In this document: one piece after another, positions 41,577 through 49,764 of the stretch | Layout: every line of letters starts with the position of its first letter | Numbering within the stretch: the stretch's first letter is position 1 | Source of the DNA: Leptolyngbyaceae cyanobacterium | GTDB lineage: Bacteria; Cyanobacteriota; Cyanobacteriia; Phormidesmidales; Phormidesmidaceae | Length of the DNA: 61,215 bases | Direction of reading: 5' to 3' | Assembly (NCBI GenBank): GCA_050331235.1 | Contig: JBHJHA010000064.1 | Location: 1-61,215, forward strand | Notes under the pieces: model-generated | Told to the model about the DNA's origin: nothing | The model's input: the letters and a program-made list of their open reading frames with translations, nothing else | The model's database searches: none | Program-made: the position numbers and the translations under genes

Positions 41577-42263
41577 ATGAATGTTTTGACTTTGGCCTTG
41601 AGCGTGCTCAAGGCGAGGATTTATTTGTTTAAATGGGCTATCGGATCAGCCCTCGCAATTTTTGGGTTGCTAGTTGCCGCACCGGCTTGGGCTCACCACC
41701 CCTCTGGTGGAGATACCCCTGACCATTGGCTGCCAGCCTTGCTTTCAGGTATCGGGCATCCGGTGATTGGGCTCGACCATTTGGCCTTCGTGATCGCGGC
41801 AGGTTTGTTGGCTGCTTTGGTAGGCGGTGGTTTTTGGGTGCCCATTACCTTTGTAATGGCTTCCGTCATCGGCGCGGGCATTCACCTGATGGGGATTGAT
41901 CTCCCCTTTGTAGAGCTCACTATAGCCGCCTCGGTCCTATTAGCTGGTCTAGCCCTGGCCCTCAAAACGCCCCCACGCCGAGAACTGATTTTGGGTTTCA
42001 CCGCGATCGCGGGGCTGTTTCACGGTTTTGCCTACGCAGAAGCGATTTTTGGCGCGGAGGCGGGACCGCTGGTGGCGTATTTGCTCGGCTTTAGTTTGAT
42101 CCAACTGGCGATCGCAGGCGCTACCTACGCCCTGGTCAACCGCCTCAAGACACTTTCTGAACGGTCTTTGGGCTCTAGCCTACAGCCTGCGGGACTAGTC
42201 ATCTGCGGCATCGGACTCACCTTAGTCATGACTCAGGTGGTCGATACGTTACTGCCGGCTTAG
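41577..42263 (+). CDS. hupE: HupE/UreJ family Co/Ni transporter
   Basis: AWAHHP...SGIGHPVIGLDHL...GLFHGFAY; start uncertain. Confidence 0.88.
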   Translation: MNVLTLALSVLKARIYLFKWAIGSALAIFGLLVAAPAWAHHPSGGDTPDHWLPALLSGIGHPVIGLDHLAFVIAAGLLAALVGGGFWVPITFVMASVIGAGIHLMGIDLPFVELTIAASVLLAGLALALKTPPRRELILGFTAIAGLFHGFAYAEAIFGAEAGPLVAYLLGFSLIQLAIAGATYALVNRLKTLSERSLGSSLQPAGLVICGIGLTLVMTQVVDTLLPA

Positions 42264-42587
42264 AGAAAAGGTCTCAACCGCTTGGCCAGCGGGCTCGGTG
42301 ACCATCGGAGCAACATCTGCCGGCCGGTTTGCCATTCCTTGGCCGCGTCAGCAGTTTAGCGTTGCCGCGATCGCTCAAAGGCCGGCGTTCAAGGTTCATC
42401 CCACGTTTGCCATATCACAATGAATTGCCTGTCGAGGGCGGTGTCGACAGCACCTTAGCGCGGTAATTGATGACGCTACCTGCCCCCAGCCACCAGTGCC
42501 GTTTTGACTCTACCAAAACGGCCATTTCCGCCTCGACATTCCGCCCTGTTAATAGGGGCGCTTCAAGAACTTCAAGCCACGTAAACG

Positions 42588-42983
42588 ATGACTCAAACAA
42601 CTCTTTTTGTCTGTTCCCTTTGCCGCTTTTCGCCCCAGGAGCGTAGCCGCAATGGTGTCTCCGGTGGCCAGCACCTGATAAATCAGGTACAACAAGCTTT
42701 AGCAACCCAACAGCTAGATACGGCCGTTGAGATTCAACCGCTGCGCTGCATGGCGGGCTGTCATCAGCCTTGCAATGTGACATTAGCGGCCCCGAACAAA
42801 TTGACCTTTATTCTCAGTGGGGTCGAGCCTGAGAGCGGCGCTGCGGAGATTGCCAAATTCTGCCAGCAATACACCGCCAGCCCAGATGGGCGCGTGTCCT
42901 ATCGTGAGCGATCGCCCCTCGTTCGGCAAACTACTGCGTTCGTCTTGCCTGCCCTGCCCACCGCTATTCCTGAGAGCAACTAA
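42588..42983 (+). CDS. DUF1636 family putative metal-binding protein
   Basis: LFVCSLC...CMAGCHQPC...PNKLTFI...DGRVSYRER. Confidence 0.85.
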   Translation: MTQTTLFVCSLCRFSPQERSRNGVSGGQHLINQVQQALATQQLDTAVEIQPLRCMAGCHQPCNVTLAAPNKLTFILSGVEPESGAAEIAKFCQQYTASPDGRVSYRERSPLVRQTTAFVLPALPTAIPESN

Positions 42984-42985
42984 CT

Positions 42986-44041
42986 ATGCATAAAATACCC
43001 GTTACCGTTGTCACCGGCTTCCTCGGGTCCGGCAAGACCACTTTACTGCGGCATCTGCTGCAAAATAACCAGGGTCGCCGCATTGCGGTATTGGTCAACG
43101 AGTTTGGCGAAGTTGGTATTGATGGTGACCTGCTGCGATCGTGTCAGGTCTGCGACGACGAAGACACCACTGCCCCTGACGCAAACATTTTGGAACTGGC
43201 CAACGGCTGTCTCTGCTGCACCGTACAAGAAGAGTTTTTGCCAACCATGCAGGAATTGCTCAAGCGGCGTGATGCGATCGACTGCATCGTGATTGAAACC
43301 TCTGGTTTGGCCTTGCCTAAGCCCCTGGTGCAGGCCTTTCGCTGGCCCGAGATTCGCACGGGTGCCACGGTTGATGGGGTGATCACCGTGGTCGATGGCG
43401 ATGCCCTCGCCAGTGGTCACATCGTCGGCGATTTGGCTGCCCTCGAAGCCCAACGCCAAGCCGACGACAGTTTGGAGCACGAGACCCCGATTGAAGAACT
43501 CTTTGAAGACCAGCTTGCCTGCGCTGATCTGGTGCTGTTGACCAAGACTGACTTGATGAATAAAGAGAGTCGCGATCGCGTGCAGACCTGGCTGCAAACC
43601 CAAATTTCCTCGGGCATCAAAGTCGTGCCCTGCCATCAGGGAGAAATTCACCCTGACGTTTTACTCGGCTTCAACGCCGCCGTTGAGGACAATCTTGACA
43701 GTCGCCCCAGTCACCACGACCACGAAGAGGCGCACGACCACGACGACGACATCAACTCCATCGGCTTTAATCTGACGCAAGCCTTTGAACCCAAAGCTTT
43801 GATCTCTCGCCTGCAATCCCTTGTGCAACGGCAAGAGATTTACCGAATTAAAGGCTTTGTTGCAGTGCCCAACAAGTCAATGCGCTTGGTTTTGCAGGGC
43901 GTCGGCCAGCGATTTGACTATTTCTACGATCGCCCCTGGTACCCAGAGGAAGCTCGCCAAACCCGGTTGGTCTTTATCGGTCACGGCCTTGATGGGCCCC
44001 AAATCATGCAGGCTCTTACAGAAGAACTAGCAACCTGGTGA
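42986..44041 (+). CDS. cobW: Cobalamin biosynthesis GTPase CobW
   Basis: TGFLGSGKTT, NEFGEVGIDG, NGCLCCTV, ETSGLALPKPL, His-rich segment. Confidence 0.93.
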   Translation: MHKIPVTVVTGFLGSGKTTLLRHLLQNNQGRRIAVLVNEFGEVGIDGDLLRSCQVCDDEDTTAPDANILELANGCLCCTVQEEFLPTMQELLKRRDAIDCIVIETSGLALPKPLVQAFRWPEIRTGATVDGVITVVDGDALASGHIVGDLAALEAQRQADDSLEHETPIEELFEDQLACADLVLLTKTDLMNKESRDRVQTWLQTQISSGIKVVPCHQGEIHPDVLLGFNAAVEDNLDSRPSHHDHEEAHDHDDDINSIGFNLTQAFEPKALISRLQSLVQRQEIYRIKGFVAVPNKSMRLVLQGVGQRFDYFYDRPWYPEEARQTRLVFIGHGLDGPQIMQALTEELATW

Positions 44042-44080
44042 TGTCAGGCAAGATTTAGTCATCCAGCACCTGAGATGGAG

Positions 44081-44142
44081 GGTGAAGCGATCGCAATTGC
44101 GCCTTTGTTTTTTGGGGCGTCATGGCGATCGCTTCATTCACC
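44081..44142. terminator. HIP1-based inverted repeat after cobW
   Basis: ggtgaagcgatcgc...gcgatcgcttcattcacc. Confidence 0.5.
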
Positions 44143-44351
44143 TTGCTGCTGTGTCAGACCATACGATTCTCATATCAAATATATTTACTGAATCTTTATG
44201 CCAGTTGTTTTTTCCTTCATGAAGAGTAGATAAAGCTGCTTCTCAATATCCTGTTGCTTTCACGAACGCTCCGTATCAGCACTTAGAACACGCGAGTTTT
44301 ACCAGGATCTATCGAAACATCCACAAACGTTTTATAGGTTTAGGAACAACC

Positions 44352-45038
44352 ATGATCAAACAAACGATAGTCACACTTACCAGTGCAGTAACGATTGGCC
44401 TTGTTTCCGTTGGTAGCGCTCAGGCAGCTATCTTTTCCATCAGTGACGGAATCTCGGGGGGGAGTGCAGCCAGTCTTGACCTGACCGAAGGCAGTACCGA
44501 AAATTCCTTTGTTGTGGGCTTTGATGAACTCCAAGGGGTCAGTACCACAGCTCCCGTAGCTGTTGATTATTTAATTGACGCCTGTGATGTCGGCCAGCAG
44601 TTCACCGGTGTGAATAATCCTCCTAGTGGCAGTCCCCTTGAGCTTGAGCTTGGCGTTTATGACAGCCATCTGCTGCACTTTGACCCAATTGGAGGAGGAA
44701 GCGTTTCCACAGGGACATTCACCTTCGATGGAGACATCGTGGCGATTATTGCTAACCAAGAATTTCTGAACCGCAGTGATGCTGTACTGGTCAATGCGGC
44801 TACTTATGAAAAAAGTCTTGGACGGCGCACAGAAGATGATGACCTATTTACGGTCACAACGTCTCGATCCATCACAGTTGACTTTTTCAAAGTCAGTAGC
44901 CCTTATATTGACAACCTCCGGGTGATCACTAAGGCTAAGCCAGTTTCCGAACCTGCTGCTCTGTTTGGCTTAGGGGCCTTAGGGGCGATCGCCGTTGGTG
45001 GTGCGATCAAAATGAAGCGAGCGACTCCAGCCGTTTAA
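44352..45038 (+). CDS. Secreted protein with PEP-CTERM-like sorting signal
   Basis: Signal peptide ending AQAA; C-terminus VSEP-TM-KMKR. Confidence 0.75.
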   Translation: MIKQTIVTLTSAVTIGLVSVGSAQAAIFSISDGISGGSAASLDLTEGSTENSFVVGFDELQGVSTTAPVAVDYLIDACDVGQQFTGVNNPPSGSPLELELGVYDSHLLHFDPIGGGSVSTGTFTFDGDIVAIIANQEFLNRSDAVLVNAATYEKSLGRRTEDDDLFTVTTSRSITVDFFKVSSPYIDNLRVITKAKPVSEPAALFGLGALGAIAVGGAIKMKRATPAV

Positions 45039-45266
45039 GCCACTTCTAAGTTCTATAGGTTGAGCCGCTTGCTACCCCTAGTCCGATGGTGAGAATGCTT
45101 TTGGAAATCGAGCTCAGCGCGGTCCCAGGGCCGTGCTGAACCTTTAAGGGGTTCTTTTTTGTGTCATTGCGCCTCAGGCAGGAGAATATTTGGGATCTTA
45201 GAACAGTTACGAGGTCCCAAAGCCTCACCCCTGCTGTAGCGTCTGTATACAAAAGAGGAAACAGCC

Positions 45267-45443
45267 ATGATCACTCGTGATCCTTACGGCTCTAGGCTCT
45301 CTGACTACAGGCATCCTCCCGAAGAATACCAGCTCGAAGACCAGCGCATAGACCTGATGACAGCCATGGCAGTGATTCGTAGGAGTTCTCACCTGTTGAC
45401 AAAAAGCCAGCGAGAAGAATTGAGAAAGTTGATTGAGGAATAG
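45267..45443 (+). CDS. Unannotated 58-aa small protein
   Basis: RBS AGAGGA, ATG 45267, MITRDPYGSRLSDYRHPPEEYQLEDQRIDLMTAMAVIRRSSHLLTKSQREELRKLIEE*, followed by terminator aacccct...aggggtttt. Confidence 0.6.
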   Translation: MITRDPYGSRLSDYRHPPEEYQLEDQRIDLMTAMAVIRRSSHLLTKSQREELRKLIEE

Positions 45444-45605
45444 CCAACCCCACTCTCGAAACCCCTTACCTATGTAGATGAGGGGTTTTGTTCTACATTC
45501 AACAGATTTAATTCGCCTGAAAACCTCTTTTTGACCAACGCTTAACCAAGTCTTTGGGGAGGCTCAGCTCCGACTTGCACGATAGGAATTGACTAAGTCA
45601 GGCTC

Positions 45606-45746
45606 TTGATATTGCGCGGGTCTCTTGCGGCTACTGCCCATGCTGAACAGGTGGATCCCGAGTATGAAGTAGCTGATCTCAATGGTGATGGGGAAATGAG
45701 TCTAAGCCAATTGAAACTCTACAGTCGAGACTAACGCGACGCCTGA
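45606..45746 (+). pseudogene. Degraded small EF-hand-like secreted protein
   Basis: LILRGSLAATAHA-EQVDPEYEVADLNGDGEMSLSQLKLYSRD*RDA*; no ATG start and an in-frame stop upstream. Confidence 0.4.
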
Positions 45747-45825
45747 TCGGATGTGGGATTTCGCTGCTGCCCCCACCAAAGTGGTATTTTGTCCCATTGA
45801 TCTGTGAATCAGTCAGCGATGTTTG

Positions 45826-46197
45826 TTAAGTAACCGAATTGGTTTGGCTGACCCAAGCGATCGCGGTTTCCTTGTCAGCCATCGCAAAATGCTGCACTTC
45901 AAGGCTGGGAAACAGGCGATCGCCAATGGCGGTGAGCTTACCTAACCATTGATGCTCAGAGACTACCGCTTTTTTTTCAAAGCGCCGGAATTTTTCGCGG
46001 GCAAATTTCAAATCTTCTAACAATGCATCCAGCGTGATGCCCCCTAGACTGACCACCTCAACATAGATAGAAGCTTTGTCATAGCGGTCAAACTTTTCCG
46101 CAAACGCTTGCTCAACGGTTTCAATGTCTGCTTTCTGAATTTTGCCATCAATGCGAATACCAACTACGCGATCGCTGGTCATCTCTATCAATTCCAT
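45826..46197 (-). CDS. STAS/SEC14 (SpoIIAA-like) domain protein
   Basis: VVGIRIDGKI...ALLEDLKF...FEKKAVVS...AIAWV. Confidence 0.8.
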   Translation of the reverse strand: MELIEMTSDRVVGIRIDGKIQKADIETVEQAFAEKFDRYDKASIYVEVVSLGGITLDALLEDLKFAREKFRRFEKKAVVSEHQWLGKLTAIGDRLFPSLEVQHFAMADKETAIAWVSQTNSVT

Positions 46198-46232
46198 CGG
46201 AGCTCCTCCTTGGTACATAGATTGCATCCATG

Positions 46233-47915
46233 CTATGCCGCCCCCAATCCCAAGACAAACAGCACTCCCATGCCCAGCAGGCCCGCTAGCCCAATGTAGT
46301 AAAGCGTCGGCCACAAAACCCGGCGAATGAGTAGCCCTTCGCGACCAATCAGCCCCACAGTGGCCTCAGCTGCCACGATGTTAGACACACAAATCATATT
46401 GCCAGCCGATGCTCCCACACACTGTAAGCCTAAAATCACCGCCGTTGATACGCTGATTTGCACCGCTACCCCAAACTGAAAGAGCGCAAACATTAAGTTG
46501 CTGACTGTGACGCTGCCGGCGACAAAGGAGCCAATCATACCGACTAGCGGAGCCAAGAGCGGCCAGATTTGCCCGGCCAAGCTTGACATGCCATCTGCTA
46601 GGGTCAGGGGCATACTTTTGAGCCCGGAGTTATTGACCCCAGAATTGATAAATACCCTAGCCATCAGTACCGCGGCTCCCAAAGCCAAAGTCGTCTTTTG
46701 CAGAAGCGGTACAGCCTGGGCGATCGCTCGACCGAGGGCTGGAGGTTTCATGTGATGCAAAAAAAATGTCAGCCCCACAACGATGATAAAAATAGTGGGC
46801 GGTAGGTAGAGCGGCTGCGTGGTTGCCGTGACCTCCGTACCAAAGATATTAGTCCAAGTGAGCCTGACTGACTGTAGCCAAGACCTGAAGGGTAAAAACT
46901 CCAGCCGCGACAGCATTAAAAACAGGCCCAACAAAATGTAAGGCAACCACGCCTGCCGCGCGGACAGTCGACTCTCAATGTTGGCCGATGCAGGAGCCGA
47001 TGCGCTTACCCATTCATCAGCCCATTCGGCCCTTGGCGGAAAGTCCCATGGCTGTGAGGGAACCCAAAAGCCTTGCCGGGCAGCGGGCACAACAATCGCT
47101 AACCCCACCAGTCCACCGATCAACGTCGGAAACTCTGGACCTAAGAACCACGCTGTGAGCAGGTAGGGCCCGGTAAAAGCCATGCCGGCAAACAGCGCAA
47201 ATCGCCATGCCGCCAAGCCAGCTTTGACTGACCGCTCTGCACCAAAGGTCGCTGTCATCAACATCACTAAGATGAGGGGCAAAAAAGACCCGACGATCGC
47301 ATGAAAGATGCCAGCCCAACGTCCAACCATCGACAAATACTCAGGCTGAGTCAGTCCTTGCTCCGCCAAATAGGTTTGAACACTGTCAACTCCGGCCAGT
47401 CCCGAATCAATCCCAATCAAGATCGGGGTGCCCACTGCCCCAAAGGTCGAAGGCGTGCTTTGAATGATCAATGCTGCTACCACGGCAGCCATGGCGGGAA
47501 ACCCAATCGCTACCAGCAGCGGCACGGTAATTACGGCTGGGGTGCCAAACCCCGAAGCGCCTTCAATAAAACTGCCAAATAGCCAGGCAATGATGATGAC
47601 CTGCACTCGGCGATCGCGGGAAATGCCGAGTAAACTTTGTCGAATCGCCGCGATCGCCCCCGACTCTTGCAGCGTATTGAGCAGCAAAATAGCGCCAAAG
47701 ACAATGTAGAGAATCTCTGCCGCTGCAACCATCCCCTGCATACTCGAAGCCGCTATTTCCCTAAAGGGGACTTGCCAGACCAGTAGCGCTATTCCTACGG
47801 TCGCTAAATAGGCGATCGGCATAGCCTGTCCGGCGGGCCGCCGTGCGACAACAAGGAGCAAGAATACTGTCGCGATCGGGATCAGCGCAATGAGTGAATA
47901 CCCCAGCGATTCCAT
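46233..47915 (-). CDS. lldP: L-lactate/glycolate permease family
   Basis: [54 protein letters not shown]. Confidence 0.88.
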   Translation of the reverse strand: MESLGYSLIALIPIATVFLLLVVARRPAGQAMPIAYLATVGIALLVWQVPFREIAASSMQGMVAAAEILYIVFGAILLLNTLQESGAIAAIRQSLLGISRDRRVQVIIIAWLFGSFIEGASGFGTPAVITVPLLVAIGFPAMAAVVAALIIQSTPSTFGAVGTPILIGIDSGLAGVDSVQTYLAEQGLTQPEYLSMVGRWAGIFHAIVGSFLPLILVMLMTATFGAERSVKAGLAAWRFALFAGMAFTGPYLLTAWFLGPEFPTLIGGLVGLAIVVPAARQGFWVPSQPWDFPPRAEWADEWVSASAPASANIESRLSARQAWLPYILLGLFLMLSRLEFLPFRSWLQSVRLTWTNIFGTEVTATTQPLYLPPTIFIIVVGLTFFLHHMKPPALGRAIAQAVPLLQKTTLALGAAVLMARVFINSGVNNSGLKSMPLTLADGMSSLAGQIWPLLAPLVGMIGSFVAGSVTVSNLMFALFQFGVAVQISVSTAVILGLQCVGASAGNMICVSNIVAAEATVGLIGREGLLIRRVLWPTLYYIGLAGLLGMGVLFVLGLGAA

Positions 47916-48029
47916 GAAGTAGGCCTCGTTTACGGAGTCACAATTCCTCACAGTATCGCCCACGGGTCAAATTTAGCCAACTTGATTTTGCTCAATGGCT
48001 GACCAAGACGCTGAGACAGATTTGGCCCC

Positions 48030-49493
48030 TCAAACCGCACCGGGTTGAATACTCAAAATGCCCATCATGCCTTGATCTTCATGATCCAGAATATGGCAGT
48101 GGTAGAGCGTCTTGCCCTCAAAATCAGTAAAGGCAATCCGCAAATCAACCGACTCGTAAGCTTTGACATTGACGACATCTTTCCAAACCTGCAGAGGAAA
48201 AGCGCGATTGCCCTGACGCGTGATCTGAAAGGCATTGGTGTGGATGTGAAACGGATGATCCATGCCAGCATTATTGACAATGCGCCAATCCTCAACAGTT
48301 CCCAACTGCACAGTTGTATCGATTCGGTCATGCTCAAACCCTTGACCGTTAATCAAAAACGATTGACCTTGGGCAATGCCATGATCCAGCACAAATTCTC
48401 GCTGTCTGATCGACGTTGGCAGCGTGGCCGTCGGTAACAGGGTTTTGGGTAGCGGCACTTCGATGGCCGTTTCTCCGTACTGTAGCTGGGCGATCGCTTG
48501 CGGGTCAGCGCCCGTTCCCAAGCGGCGGTGGTGAGCCCGCCCCAAGCCTCCCATCATATGGGCAATGCCGCGATCGTACGGCAAGCTCACTAGGGTATAT
48601 GCCCCTGGTTCACGATTGCCAGGCACCAAAAGATCGGCTCGTTCACCGGGAGCCAAAATCAGATCTTCTGTCAGTTCTACTGGCTCCGGCAAGGTGCCAC
48701 TGTCCAAGCCAATGAGATGCCAAGGATGTCCTTGTAAGCGAAGCCGGTAAATGCGAGAAGCGGAGGCATTAAGCAGACGCAGACGCAGCAACCCTGAACG
48801 CGGAATGGTCACCGTTGGCTGGCGAGTTCCGTTCGCTGTCATCAAGCCGCCCTGCCGTCCCCAGCGCCGAAACATCGGCATCGGTTCACGTAGTTCTCCT
48901 TGACGGTCTAAGTCAAAATCTTGCAGGACTAATATGGCTTCGTGAGCCGCCTGTATTTCAGGAATTTCGTCCACCTGTCCGCGAACAATGAGCGGCCCCG
49001 CCAAGCCGCCAAAGACTTGCTCCGCAACCAATCCATGGTAGTGAGGATGATACCAAAATAATCCTCCCGGATGCTGTTTAGGTACCTCAAATTCGTAGTG
49101 TTGGATTGCTCCGACTGGAACCACCAGAAATACATTATCAGCGTGGCCCGTTGGTGGAATATGTAGACCGTGAAAGTGTAGATTTGTCGGCTGCTCCAAC
49201 TGATTTTCAAATTTGAGCTGCACGGTGTCCCCCGCCTGAACCTCTAGCAACGGACCCGGCACCTGGCCGTTATAAGTCAGTAATGTCGCCGCGCGATCGC
49301 CTAGCCGCACCGTTTGTCGTCGGGCCTGCAGCCCCAAGTCCAGCAGTCCCCCTTGACTGACATATCGAGTCGGCATCATCTTCGATGTCGTCAACGAGCC
49401 TAGGCTGAGACTCTTGGCACAGCGAGGGGATAAAGCAGCAGCGGTACCCGCCAAACTCAGCGTGATAAATTTACGGCGATCGATCGCTGCCAT
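48030..49493 (-). CDS. Tat-exported multicopper oxidase
   Basis: DRRKFI Tat motif; HFHG, WYHPH, HPFHIH, HCHILDHEDQGM copper motifs. Confidence 0.93.
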   Translation of the reverse strand: MAAIDRRKFITLSLAGTAAALSPRCAKSLSLGSLTTSKMMPTRYVSQGGLLDLGLQARRQTVRLGDRAATLLTYNGQVPGPLLEVQAGDTVQLKFENQLEQPTNLHFHGLHIPPTGHADNVFLVVPVGAIQHYEFEVPKQHPGGLFWYHPHYHGLVAEQVFGGLAGPLIVRGQVDEIPEIQAAHEAILVLQDFDLDRQGELREPMPMFRRWGRQGGLMTANGTRQPTVTIPRSGLLRLRLLNASASRIYRLRLQGHPWHLIGLDSGTLPEPVELTEDLILAPGERADLLVPGNREPGAYTLVSLPYDRGIAHMMGGLGRAHHRRLGTGADPQAIAQLQYGETAIEVPLPKTLLPTATLPTSIRQREFVLDHGIAQGQSFLINGQGFEHDRIDTTVQLGTVEDWRIVNNAGMDHPFHIHTNAFQITRQGNRAFPLQVWKDVVNVKAYESVDLRIAFTDFEGKTLYHCHILDHEDQGMMGILSIQPGAV

Positions 49494-49561
49494 AGACAAG
49501 TAGGAAAAGCGGGAACAACGGAAATCAAACCCCATCGCAGCGCTTGTAACGCTGTACCTTT

Positions 49562-49593
49562 AGTCTAGAATCTCCAGTTTGCTGTAGAATCTA
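49562..49593 (-). promoter_or_regulatory. Putative MerR-family promoter/operator of the multicopper oxidase
   Basis: Minus strand TAGATT-(20 bp)-TAGACT with dyad TCTACAG-caaa-CTGGAGA. Confidence 0.55.
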
Positions 49594-49702
49594 CCCACAG
49601 TTAAACCGGATGACCACCTCACAAATCCGGCAGCGGCTTTCCTTATCAATACCTCACCGTTTTCCCCTACACAGGCTCGACGTACATCCAGCAACTCAAA
49701 AT

Positions 49703-49735
49703 AAAACCAGCCCCGTGAGCCAAAACGGGGCTGGT
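49703..49735 (-). terminator. Intrinsic terminator downstream of haloperoxidase
   Basis: Minus strand accagccccg-ttttggctca-cggggctggt-ttta. Confidence 0.75.
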
Positions 49736-49764
49736 GGTGATCCCTTATGATCGATCAAAATTAT

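Noticed and set aside
45236..45250. NtcA site upstream of the 58-aa ORF
   Set aside because: Spacing is GTA-N9-TAC rather than the required N8
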